From: Vicugna vicugna
Taxonomy: Eukaryota
NCBI GenBank assembly: GCA_013265495.1
Contig: MU058687.1
Location: 2,420,001 to 2,484,000 of the forward strand
Length of the DNA stretch: 64,000 nt
Direction: 5' to 3'
The notes under the pieces were generated by a model. That model made no database searches. It saw only the letters and a program-made list of their open reading frames with translations, and was not told the DNA's origin. Shown piece by piece: positions 11,360 through 22,579 of the stretch; within the stretch, counting starts at the first letter, position 1; each line of letters starts with the position of its first letter. Made by a program: the position numbers and the translations under genes.

Positions 11360-11530
11360 CATCAGATCTGCCACTTCTGACTGTGGGATGGTGGGCAGGT
11401 TGCTGACGGCTCAGTTTCCCACTCGGAAAACAGAGGGTTATAACAATACTTGCTTCCAGTAAAGCTGTGAGGATTAGATGAAGTAACGTTTGAAAGTGCC
11501 TATTCGATAAATGATAGCTATTATGATTAC
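11360..11530 (+). mobile_element. MIR SINE (degenerate)
   Basis: CTGCCACTT...GGGCAGGTTGCT...CTCAGTTTCCC...GTGAGGATTAGATGAAGTAA. Confidence 0.7.
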
Positions 11531-12089
11531 TGTTATTACCACTACATTATTATTTTTATTATTCTTGGCTTTGCTTCTGTCAGTGCCCCTTAGGTAAAGA
11601 TTTTCAGCAGCGCGTTATGCTTACGGTTTAGTGGAGAGAACCTTTCATCTGATTAGCAGGAGTGCTTTGGCTGGGGAGCAACAGCTGCTGTGTTTACCAG
11701 GGAAGCTCAGGGCCAGGTTCTGTGACATTTTGACAATCACCGTTAGCCTGTTTTCTGCTGTAAGTCTCTCTCCCTTCTTTGCTCACCTTGGTCTCATTCA
11801 TTATCGCGAGCTAATTCTGTCTCCCCACTGGCTTCTCAGATCCCCCCCCCAAAGAAGCCTTGCCATTCTTCTGTGTCTGACTGGATGCCCACTCAGTCAT
11901 GTTTGATGGTGGCTGGATGTGAGAGGTCTAAATGAATATGAAAGACCTAAAAGCACTAAATTATTAAATGCATAGAAAACATGAGGCGTCTGGGTCTCAC
12001 TGGCCTCATCTGTGAGGTGGAATCAAGTCTATTTTAACTAGCACTAGGGGAGAAAGGGAAGGTCAATATTGAAGAGAAAAGAACACAGG

Positions 12090-12265
12090 TAGTCCTGAGT
12101 TCACATTCCAGTTTGATCTACTGGGTTTACCAGTTCCTTCCTTCCTTCCTTTTTACTCACTAAGCTTTGAGGTCCTCAGGTGTAAAGTGAAATTAATGAT
12201 GCGTCCACTGTGGGCTCCTGTGAGACTAGAGGTATGACATGTGTGGGTACACCTGGCATAGTGTC
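12090..12265 (+). mobile_element. MIR SINE (degenerate)
   Basis: CCTGAGTTCACATTCCAG...TGTAAAGTG...TGTGAGACTAGAGG...CCTGGCATAGTG. Confidence 0.6.
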
Positions 12266-12345
12266 TTTCCCCTTGGCTGTTGGGTTAACTCCTGACTTCA
12301 CCCTGCCTTGCCAGGATTTGGACCCAGCAGCACTACAGCTTCTGC

Positions 12346-12500
12346 AGAGCCAGGCCTGGGGCAGGTAAGTTCAAGAAGACACCCAGTTTGCAGCATTTAA
12401 GGAGGCCCCGACTCTCAGGGTTGTACAAGTGCAGGGTTAGCCCTTGAGAGTCAGTGTCTCCATAAAAACTGCTCCCTAGGCACCCTAGTCCCCACCGGGG
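12346..12500. mobile_element. MER91A-like hAT-Tip100 MITE
   Basis: Internal inverted repeat TTTAAGGAGGC..GACTCTCAGGG...CCCTTGAGAGTCAGTGTCTCCATAAA around GTACAAGTGCAGGG, ending CACCCTAGTCCC. Confidence 0.75.
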
Positions 12501-12959
12501 CTTCTGGGCGACTTTTTATCTCTCCATAACCCATGCACAATTGTATTTAAATGGTCAGCATGAAAGTGGCTTAGCATCCACTCTGGGGTTCTCAAATCTC
12601 CTGGAATCTGTAGCTTGCAAATCCAATCAAAACACAGCAAAGCGGTGATGCAAGGCCCGCATGTAAAAGCCCAGAGGTGATGGGGCTGGATCCCCTAGTG
12701 GCTGCTGGAGGAAGCAGGCTGAGCTTCCCTGTCCCACCCCAGCAGAGCTGGGCGCCTTTCACAATCCATCCCGTACCCCTGACTTCCTGCTTCAGTCTCT
12801 GACGGGGGTGCTGCAATGGGCAGGGAAGCTCGTGGAGGTCCTCACTTCTCTGACTTCTGTGTCGTGTCCCCTCGTCAGTCATCACACTGCATATCTGAGT
12901 GTCCAGCAGGAAGTGATGCTTTAACCAATGTGTAGTAGATGTGTCGAGGGTGCCGCTTG

Positions 12960-13190
12960 GTATAGTTAAGTTCATTGGCATAGCAGCTAAGCATTTGTTT
13001 TCATAATATTTGGGAAAATGTAACTGTCACTTCAAGCACACGAGTTCATGAATTTTTGCTTAGGGCAAAGTGAAGTCCCGAAATCAATTTCAAGTTGATT
13101 TTAAGGAAATATGGCACATATGCTACTGCAATACGACAACAACTGTGAAAGTGATGCAACAGCGATGACAGTTTGGGAGACACAGCTTTG
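12960..13190. mobile_element. Old hAT-Charlie-like fragment
   Basis: Ends with ATGACAGTTTGGGAGACAC, resembling a Charlie-type terminus. Interior AT-rich and degenerate. Confidence 0.4.
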
Positions 13191-14890
13191 GGTGATTCAG
13201 TGTCAGGAGCAGAAGTGAGGCTGGAAGGCAGGGCTGCTTCCCAAGGGATTTTTAGCACCCTGCAGAGACTCACCATCTCTGGGTATCAAACACTGTCAGC
13301 AGCCCATAAATATACGATAAATATTTACAGCGACCATTGTGATCATGCTGGGTACTGGCAGAGTGTAAAACTCTCTTCTTAGGGACAGTTCATAGCCCTT
13401 TCCAACAAGCTGTCAGAACCCTAGACTCAAACTCCACCCAGGTCTGCAGACCAGGAAGCAGGCTGAGGATGGACGCCTTGGGGTTGGGGCAGGCAGCAAG
13501 TTCAAGAGGGCTGAGACCTGCGCCCTTCTTACCTCCTCTGCAGGCTTTCCCAGTGCTGATACTACTTGCCCCTCCCCTTTCCAAGGGACAGCTGCAGAGG
13601 GCCAGATTGGCAGGGGCCGGGGTGTGGGGAGGGGCTTGTGCAAGTAAGAGATGACAGACAGAGAGAAAGAGAGGAGACAGCAAGAGAACGGAAGGGGGAA
13701 GGGGAGAGACTGGAGGAGACAGAAGAAAGGAAAAGTGGGGGAAAAAAGGCATTTGTAAAATTAAAAGGCAGGGCCCCATCAGATGGTGTTGGGCAAGGAA
13801 AGCGTGTTACAGGCAGGAGTAATTGGTAATCGGAGCTGATGTGGAGAGGGGATGATTTATGGGAGCATGCAGACAGGGGTGGAATAATTTTTGGAGCAGA
13901 ACGGGGAACTTACTGAACGCCTGAAACTCAGCTACTTATCCACTCGTTCTTGTGATGAATTAGCTCTTGTTTAAAGTAACCGTGGCTCCATTTTTCATTC
14001 TGATTACTACACTTGATATCTTTCTCTCCCTCTGTTTCCCTCTGACCACTGCCCTCTTACCAGGTTCTGGGTACAGAGGCACTGGGTTTGTAGAAACTCA
14101 TCACCCCTCCTCCCTACCCCTCCCCCCACCCCCAGAGCAATATTAACTCTCAGTAGCCAAGACTAAAACCCAGCTCCCTGAAATATTATGAAGATTAGGA
14201 ATGTGCAGAATTAGCGAAGACTTGAGATGCAAGACTGGCCTGCTTAGGCATCCTGAAAGATTGCGATTTGATTCCCTTGCTGTCTGATGTTGCAAGTTTC
14301 TCTCCGGGCTGGTCTGCTGTCCTTAAAGGTGTGAAGAGGAGAGCACACTTCCTCCCTGGCTGGAGCACTCCTTTTAGAGATGGAAAGGCTTTTGAGGACC
14401 TTGGGAAGCCTCATGGGAGCTAAATCAAGACAAACGACATCCTATATACCATGTACCACTCCTAGCCAACATTTTGACAGTTTAAAATTGATACTGCACA
14501 GAAAGGAAGCAGTTCTAGATATAGATGGACATATGCCAGTATCATGTTTTTATTATTTAATTTTTTTTCTTGATTAAATATACAGCCCTCAGAAATGTAA
14601 GCTCCCCTGTGGTCCAGTTGCCACACAAATTTCCATTGGTGGATGTGGAGTCAGTCTGACAAAAAAGCAATTCGTACAAGTTAAATATTTATAGCAGCTA
14701 CTTGTGAAAATAACACAGGGAAATATTTATCTGATGCTCAGAAAAAATTTCTAACCTGCTCATGACATCTTTTTCCTTCTGCAACTCTCAACTCCAAACC
14801 AAGAAGTCCTCCAAGCCCCGGAGTGTGCTCTCGGTTGGGTTGCTGCACATACCCAAGCAGGCTGTGTAAGGCAGTGGCCGAGTTTTCACT

Positions 14891-15047
14891 TTTTTTTTTT
14901 CCTATTCACTGTTCTTTTTTCTTTTCTTTTTTTCCGGGGTGGGGCAGGTGATTATGTTTATTTATTTATTTAATGAAGGTACTGGGGACTGAACCCAGGA
15001 CCTCATGCATGCTAAGCACACGCTCTACCACTAAGCTGTACCCTCCC
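14891..15047 (-). mobile_element. Camelid tRNA-derived SINE (Vic-1-like)
   Basis: Reverse complement reads GGGAGGGTACAGCTTAGTGGTAGAGCGTGTGCTTAGCATGCATGAGGTCCTGGGTTCAGTCCCCAGTACC with Pol III A/B boxes, then (TAAA)n and an A-rich tail. Imperfect TSD AGTTTTCACTT (14881) / AGTCTTCATTT (15053). Confidence 0.9.
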
Positions 15048-15589
15048 ACCCCAGTCTTCATTTATTGTCACTGCCACCATCCCTCAAACTTGGCTGCCTC
15101 TATATTTTTCTCCCGTTTGTAACTAGGATCCTCTCCTCCTTCTCACCACTGGGCCTCGCTGCCCCTTCCGTCTCTGCATTTACCTTCTGCTGGCACCTTC
15201 CTCACCTTCCTTGGGTGATTCTGTCGCAGGTTGGTTGGGATCTTTCCCATCTCAGCAGATCCCTGGTTCTGCTAGCTTCTGTTCCACTCAACACTGGGGC
15301 CTCAAGGCCACTGTCTTCACTGATTTTTGACTCCAGAACCACCTGGGCCCCCAGATGCCTGCACATTCCTTACCTCCAGCTGCTCTTTGATTTCTGACTC
15401 TGGCTTCCATCTTTCAGTCCAGCTTCCTGGAGATCCCTGGGGCTCAAGCCCACACCCGTCGATTCATTTGACAATGTTTGCTCATATCCAGACCCCAGAT
15501 TTCCTGGCTCTGGGTTCCCTCTCTGCTTTGATGATCTCCCTTGGCCTTGGAAGGACAGAGGACAGGAGAGGCGAGCTGTGTTCCTAGTG

Positions 15590-15960
15590 AACTGTGGGGC
15601 AGTAGAGAAAAGCTTTGGATTTGGAATTAGGACTCTTAGCATCCAAGCCCAGCTCTGCTACTGATTCTAGGCAGGGGGATTCCCTCTCTGGGGAATAAAG
15701 AAATAAAGTTTCCTTGTGTGGAAATAAAGAGATGGAGTGGTGAGTCACAAAGCTCCTTTCCAGTGTAATAGTTAAGAGCATGTGGTCTAGAGTCCGACTC
15801 AGGGTCAAAGCCCATTTCCACCTCTCACTGGTGATCGCTCCGGGCCTCTGTAAAACCAACTTCCTCGGGTTTTATGAGGATTAAATGAGAGATTGAATAC
15901 AAAATGCTTATCACAGTGCCCGGCACTCAGGGAACACTCAGCATTAGCTGCTAATATGAC
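15590..15960 (+). mobile_element. Two MIR SINE fragments
   Basis: GTAGAGAAAGCTTTGGATTTGGAATTAGGA...CCCAGCTCTGCTACT, and GTTAAGAGCATGTGGTCTAGAG...TGAGGATTAAATGAGA...CACAGTGCCCGGCAC. Confidence 0.8.
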
Positions 15961-17949
15961 GGTGATGATGGTGATGACTTCCTGTCACTCTATCACTGAG
16001 CTCATCTTGGAAGGCTTTTCCTTTCATTTTTTACACAATCAACTTTTTAGAGCTGCATCTCAGTCTTTATTCTGCTTCATCACACTCATTGAATAAGACC
16101 CACTCTCAGCAGTAGACAGCGATGACACTCAGTTCAGTCAGCAGAGATACCGGAATTGCACAGAGGGAAGGGAAAACAGCCTGCGATAGTGGCTGAGAAT
16201 CACCATCTTAGTCTCTTGCTTCCTCTAATAAGAAAACATCCATCAAGAAGGAGCTGGTTCAGCCTGACGACTGAATCCTCAAGGTAGGCAGACAGGTCTG
16301 GCACTCTGGGAGAGGCCCAAGTTCATCCATCATCAGGGCCCTGGCGTCCTTCCTGGACTTTGGGAAGTGTGGTTAGGTACAGGCTGGGGTGGGGCTGGTC
16401 CTGGGTGGCAGAGAATGGAGTCAGGAAACTGGAAAGATGGCAAGTGGGGCTGAAGCCAAAACTGAGAAGCAATCAGAGGGTCCCACCAAAGTTCAAGAGG
16501 GCTGGCTCGAGAGACAGAGACTGGAGCGGTGCTGGCCAGGCTGACAGAGCATGACTGCGATGATACATCGCACGGCAGGCCTCCTCCAGCTCCCACCGGT
16601 CTTACACGCTGGGCTGCCTCGTAGATTGAGTGGGAAGCTGGGCTCAGAGAGAGTACGTGCCCTTTGATGACCTTCCTATTCTTATCCTACTGGTTGGTGG
16701 GGTCCCTGGATGTCATTAGCCAGAAATTCCAGAAAGAAGACAGTCATCTGGCTCCTCTGGCAGCAGTGAGGACTTAGCGCCCAGCTGCAGTGGGCGCTTT
16801 CCTTTTCGTTAGAGGTCATCTTACTTGCCTGGGGCTTGAAGATGGCAGTCTCCCGACGGGAGCCGGCAGCCTTTGTTTGCTAGAAAGCAGGGCTGGCGAT
16901 ACACCTTGGGCCCAGTGAGACTCAGCAAGCTTACACCTGGCCACCTGGGACTCAATGCTCGCCTCTTCAGTCCTCCGGGCATCCATTCCTAGGATAGTTA
17001 TTGAGCACCGATTATGTGCCAAGCACTTGCTAGGAGATGCAGCTGACTCAGATCCAGGGTTGGAAGGCTAGTGAGCTAACCTATCCTTGGAGAGAAAAAC
17101 TATCCAGAGCACTTACTTCTCCGCTCTGGGGATCACAGGTCAAGTCCATTAGAAGCGAGCCACAAGAGAGCAGAGACGTGGCCGGTTCTGTTCATTACTG
17201 TCAGGTCAGCCATTAGCACAGTGCTTGGAAACTGGAAGGCGCTCGGTCAACGTTCTGGAAGGGATGCTTCTTGCAAAAGGGGTTGTGGATAGATGGTCCT
17301 TGAATGCCCCAGACAAGCGACTGTTAACTGCAGCTATAACGCTCCAGGGTGTTGCTCCACACTTGTGGATCAGCCCACACCCTCACATGGACACCACCTG
17401 TGAGGATTTATCCAACGGCCAGCCAGTCCTGATGTGACCCTTTGTGACAGTGACCCCGAGAGGGTGGCGTTATTAGTACTATGTTCCTGCTCTAGTTGAG
17501 GAAATTAAGACTCAGAAAGTTTAAATGACTTGCCTACTATCAAAACCCAGCTTCCAAAGGCTGTCTTTTACCTGAACACAGAGGAGTATGGGGTGAGGGT
17601 GCGGAGGTTAGAAAAGGAGAAGAAAGGGCAGGAGGGGCAGATAGTACCAGTTTGGAAACTCCGCAGCAGGAGGCGGGGGTTCTAGCCTGGACTCAGGATA
17701 TACTTTGGTGTGAGTGTTGTGGGGAAGGGGTGAAGGGGTGAAGCCCTCCGAGCCTGCAGCCCTTTGTAGAACAATCATTCAGCAACCCTGACTGGCTGCC
17801 AGCTTTCGTGCAGAATGGCGTGGGGGTGCGGCAGGATAGAGCTGAGGCACGGACACTGTGCAATTGCTCTCAGGTGACCGCGAGCAGGTTGAGATGTGCC
17901 TAGAACCAAGTTCAGGTTTGCCAGGTGGCATCAAGGTGGGGTCCGGGAG

Positions 17950-18520
17950 CCATGCTGTGATTGTTCAATAACCAAACTTCCCTCTTCCTCAGGAACCCCT
18001 GCCTCCTTTAAGGGGAAGTGCAAATCTTTTAAGTTAATAATTAACTTGTCACAAGCTCATCAATGCCCCATCAAGGGAGTGACAGAGAGCGAGGGAGGGG
18101 AGGCAGGGGAGGGGAAGGGGACCCAGCCCACACCCCAGCCTTTACCCCTGCCGGCTGCAGCCCCTGCTCACCTGGCCCATAATAAATAGGATGAAAGGCG
18201 CTTCTGATAAATGCCCATGTCAGGGAGAGATTTTACCTTCACTCAGAAACAATGTAATATCTCGGCTATTACCCAAAATAATTTATCAATGTGTAATAGC
18301 TTTGTGCAGCCCTCAGATAGGAGGGGAGCCGCGCTATCAGAGATGGATGTAGCCTACCTTCGGCTTTTAATTTTTAATGTTCGCAGCCAGCTTTGCATTA
18401 AAGGCCAGGTGTCATATAAAGACTTAATGTAAGAGGGGAGTTCATGAATTCTAATCAAAGGAGGAGCGCTCCCTGGCTGGCTGCTGTCACCTCCCGACTG
18501 TTCTTATTGATCTTTTGTTT
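17950..18520. promoter_or_regulatory. Candidate conserved non-coding element / enhancer
   Basis: Repeat-free block. Perfect HNF1 palindrome GTTAATAATTAAC (18033-18045), SOX AACAATG (18248-18254), TCF ATCAAAG (18454-18460), many TAAT cores, retained CpGs. Function is inferred only. Confidence 0.55.
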
Positions 18521-18989
18521 TCTCCCCTCCTGTTCCTCCTGCTCTTCTGTCTCCCCTCCACCCCCTACACTCACTCCACCCCACCCCTCCTCACCCTCCC
18601 ACCCTACCCTGTGCTGCCTCCCTCCCAAGTCACAGCCTCTCCTTCCCAACAGAAGAGGGAGGGTCTCTGGTTGGCTGGACCAGGGCAGCAACGATTCTGT
18701 AACATCTGGACTAGGCGCCCAGACTCCAGTGGCTGGACAGCAGAATTCTTTTCCATTTCTCTTCATTCATTCCATTTTTATTTATTCATTTCTTTTTCAC
18801 TCATTCATCCAAAAAGTAGTTTTGAATACCCACGAGGGGCCAACCCTGCTTAGCCCTCTGCACAACGTTAGAGACAAGAGAGGTAGTTTCTACCCCTTCG
18901 AGGACTGTATACCCTTGCTGGGAGATACTTATGGGAACATACACGTGGAAACGTGACTTGAGATCCTTGTGTGAGTTACAGAAAACCCT

Positions 18990-19280
18990 CAAATGTATTC
19001 TCAGTTAGGCATTCCCTGACAGTCTTTTAAAATTTGTGCACCTAAATGTGCACACACACACACACACCCATCCAGCATTCACCGCCCACTTCTGTGCTGC
19101 ATTTTTCTCCAGTGTACTAACCCCCTTCTGCTGCGCTTTGTAAATCGCGGTTATTTTGCTTATGATGTCTCCTCCTACAAGAATGTAAGCTCCGTGAGGG
19201 CAGGAATTTGGGTCTATTTACACTGACACGGCCCTGGTGCAGACATAGTAGGTGCTCAGTAAATATTTTTTGATGAATTA
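18990..19280 (+). mobile_element. L2 LINE 3' end
   Basis: GAATGTAAGCTCCGTGAGGGCAGG...ACATAGTAGGTGCTCAGTAAATATTT..GATGAAT. Confidence 0.85.
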
Positions 19281-19899
19281 AGCAGCCGGGAGTCAAGCTC
19301 CGAGGATAAGAGCAGTGGTGTCGCTGTGCGGTGGGAGGGGAGGGATAGTTGTGGCTTCCAGCCGCAGGCCACTTCAACTCCCCTGCCCAGTGCCTGTTCT
19401 CTCCCCAGGGGGTCCTCTTCAAAATGCCAGTGTGGTGCCCCAGGCAATCCACCACCCTCCCCACCTGGGCCCAGCCTGCCTCCTTGTTGGACTCTACCAG
19501 CCAGACTTACATCAAAGGGCAGGGCGTGGCTCCACAGGGCTGGGACGGGATGTGATCTCCTCAGGGTGGGGCTGGGCTGCCTCTCCAGAACCCCTAGCAC
19601 AGGTCCTGGCACACCGTAGGTGTTCAATTCCTGGCAGTCCAGTTTTGAAGAGATGAATACCTGAAAACTCTCCTAATTTCAAACTCAAATTCAAGACTAA
19701 TTTTCCCATAGAAATAAAGTGCAATCTGCATGATTTCAAATTTTGGACAAGTGAGACATAATTCATATTGTTTAATTGCCCAGTTTCAAATTTGCTTAAA
19801 AATGCAGCTGCTCTGTGCTGTTGTGTCGAAGGTTAAGTCAAGAGGGGTAAATTCCCTCCCTTTCTCTTTTTGTTCCTGCTGCCTCTTCTTTCTGCCCAG

Positions 19900-20185
19900 G
19901 GGCCTCCTTCAACTGTTCCTGCAGTCAAGAGTTCCTCCCTTCAGTTCCTTTCCACCCTTTAAGACTGACTTCAAAAGCCAGCCTCCTCCATGAAGCCCTC
20001 AGGCACAGACTCCTCCTTGCTCTTCCAGAATTTTGTTCCTGTCCTTTGTCACAGGCAGTTGAATTGTGAATGAGTTGCTAATGGGTCCTTCCCTATTAAC
20101 CTTGAGTCCTTGAAGGAAGACTCTGAGTCTAAGCATCTCTTTAATCCTTGAATATGAATGAATGAATGAATGAATGAATGAATGT
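19900..20185 (+). mobile_element. L2 3' fragment with (GAAT)n tail
   Basis: CCTCCTCCATGAAGCCCTC...CCTTGAAGGAAGA and a perfect (ATGA)n run at ~20154-20184. Confidence 0.7.
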
Positions 20186-20617
20186 GTGTCCAGGTAACTC
20201 TCACAGATATCTCCCAAAGCGGATGATGTAAACTTTCAAGAGGATTTCCTTAGAATCACTTTTGGAGCTTCAAACCAACAAATAAAACCACCCAGATTCC
20301 TGGACCCCACCCGAGCCTTGCTGAGAAAGTCCCCAGAAGAGTCTGATAGTCTGATCGGACTAACTAGATTCCTCTGGGGCGCTTGTTAAGGGCATAGGTT
20401 CTTGGGCCCCACCCTCAACTCTCCAGGGCTGGGAGTGAACATTTAACAGTTGCCTCTAGTGATTGGAGGAGTCGGAGCAATTTGGAAACACCCTCTATGC
20501 TCTGATCCATCCTCCTCAAGGGCTTCCCAAGTGAAATGATAAAAGCCTTCTCCAGCCCTATCAAGTCAGTGAAGCCCTCCAAAAGTCCCCAGTGATCTTC
20601 CAGGCAGGAAGGGACAT

Positions 20618-20839
20618 TAGTGATCCTTCAACCTTGGCACCGTTGACATTTGGGGTCAGATAATTCTCTCTTCTGGGGGCTGTCCTGTGTAGGGCAGGCG
20701 TTTCAGCAACATCCCTGGCCTCTATCCTCTAGATGCCTGCAGCAACCTCTCCCTCCTGCAGATGTGACAACTGCAAAATGTCTCAAGACACTGCCAGATG
20801 TCCCCAAGGGGACAACATTGCCCCTGGTTAAGAATCATT
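20618..20839 (+). mobile_element. MER20 hAT-Charlie MITE
   Basis: GGCACCGTTGACATTTGGGGTCAGATAATTCT...AAAATGTCTCAAGACACTGCCAGATGTCCCC...CCCCTGGTTAAGAATCA. Confidence 0.9.
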
Positions 20840-20916
20840 CCAGTCCTGCTTGGGGCTCAGAAAGGCTAAAATCTTTGCTCAAGGGCAGTGACACAGCTAA
20901 GATTTCAGGAAATCAC

Positions 20917-21408
20917 TGGAGAGGCAAACTTCTACCTTTACTCTCTAGGGATCTTTTGGCCGAACCTGAGAAACTGACACAGGACAGATCAACAGAGAGC
21001 AAAGAGGGCTACTTACTTAATGCACGTTTATGTGACACGGGAGGCTTCATAAGGAGTGGAGACCCAAAGAAATGACAAACCCTCCTTGCTCTTACATTAG
21101 AATGAACAAAGAGAAGCCGTTGTAAAACGGGGACTGAACTAGGCTGAGGGAAGATAAGGATTCTTTTAACAGGGTCTGTTTGTATAGAATTCTCTTGGTC
21201 TTAACTTCTGTCCTCAGTGATAAGAATGTTACTTTCCTTGGCATAGCGAAAACATCTTCTGCGTGGGAAGTTCATCTCCTGCTTTTAGGAAAAAGAAGGG
21301 GCTTCAGAGTGTCTTTCTTGTATTTGCTGTTTTTCAAGTGCTTTTAATTCAGAATAGTCAATATGCCAGAGAGGCACATTTTGGAATGACACGTTCTGAG
21401 CTCCTTCA
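20917..21408 (-). mobile_element. ERV1-class solo LTR (MER34/MER39-like)
   Basis: Reverse complement starts TGAAGGAGCTCAGAACGTGTCATTCCAAAATGTGCCTCTCTGGCATATTGACTATTCTGA, as in MER34-group LTRs. TG...CA termini. Confidence 0.7.
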
Positions 21409-21455
21409 TAATCAAAAGTAAAAATGGAGACCACATACAAAGGGATGCATCACTG

Positions 21456-22087
21456 TGATGCAGGAAAACAGATGTGGGGCGTGAGCAGGGCTGTGTCTCA
21501 GGTCTCGATTAAACCCCTGGGACGTGCCCTGCCAAGTGTGGGTCCTTGGCTTCGGGCAGGAAAGAATTCAAGTGCGAGCCACAGTTGAGTAAAGGTAGAT
21601 TTGTTCAGAGAGATACATACTGCATAGAGTGTAAGGCAAGAGAAGGCAAGGAAAGAGGTGTGGGAACTGAGTGCTCAGGTTAAAGTAAAGGTAGGTACAC
21701 ACTCCACAGACAGAGTGCGGGCCGTCTCCAAAGTGGAGAGAGAGTGCAAAGGGCCACTAGGCGTGGGGTTGTCACTTTTTATGGTCTCAGTAGCTTCACA
21801 TGCCTACAGGTGGGGTCAATCTAACTGCCCTGGGGAAGGGGCTGGGATTACCAGGAATTGGGCCACCACCCATTCTTTGGCCTTTTGCGGTTAGCCTTGG
21901 GGCTGTCATGGTGACTGCAGGCATGTTATTTTATCACAGCTGTTACTATGAGCATATAATGAAGCTCAAGGTCTACTAGAAGTTAAACCTCTTAATCCTC
22001 AAGGCCGACTAGGAGGTGAATCTTCCACCATTTTGGTTGCTGTCTTTCCTTGAGTAGCTGTGCCCTGCCCCCTTCCCTCCTGTCTCA
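21456..22087 (-). mobile_element. Younger ERV1-class solo LTR with intact TSD
   Basis: TG...CA termini, flanked by identical 4-bp ACTG (21452-21455 and 22088-22091). Minus strand begins TGAGACAGGAGGGAAGGGG. Interrupts an old L1 fragment. Confidence 0.85.
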
Positions 22088-22091
22088 ACTG

Positions 22092-22390
22092 TATAAAGCT
22101 GAAAGCAGCCACAGTGACTAAAAATACAAGGAATATTTTATAAAACATACGGCACTTTGTAAGGTGGACTATTAGGCAGCCATGAAAATAGTGATTTGGA
22201 ACATTGATGACATCGAAAATGATTAAAGGTTAAATGAGAAAAATCAGTGTTCGCAGTGGGATGAAGAGCATGGTCTCAATATTATTTTAAAAGTGAAAAC
22301 CGAAAGACGTATTTTGTGCTATTTAATTTTTTGCTGATAAAACATTATCGTACTAAAAGGTTAAAAGAATACAGAGAAAGTGAAAGTTCT
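22092..22390 (+). mobile_element. Old L1ME-type 3' fragment
   Basis: GGACTATTAGGCAGCCATGAAAA...GTTAAATGAGAAAAATCAG, degenerate L1 ORF2-end/3' UTR. Confidence 0.55.
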
Positions 22391-22579
22391 CCCTATGCAT
22401 TCTACTCCTCGGTCACAAGGCCAGACAAGGGGGTGAGGGCTCCCCAGGCTGAGCTGGAATTAACAGGTTATGCTGATATTCTGCAAGTATACATTCAACA
22501 ATGATTTAATGGGTTTAATAGGAGTCGGGAGAAACTGATACTTACTGAATAACAACAAAAATTATATACTTCTATTTCA

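Noticed and set aside
20154..20184. (ATGA)n array as an independent repeat system
   Set aside because: Typical expanded L2 tail microsatellite.
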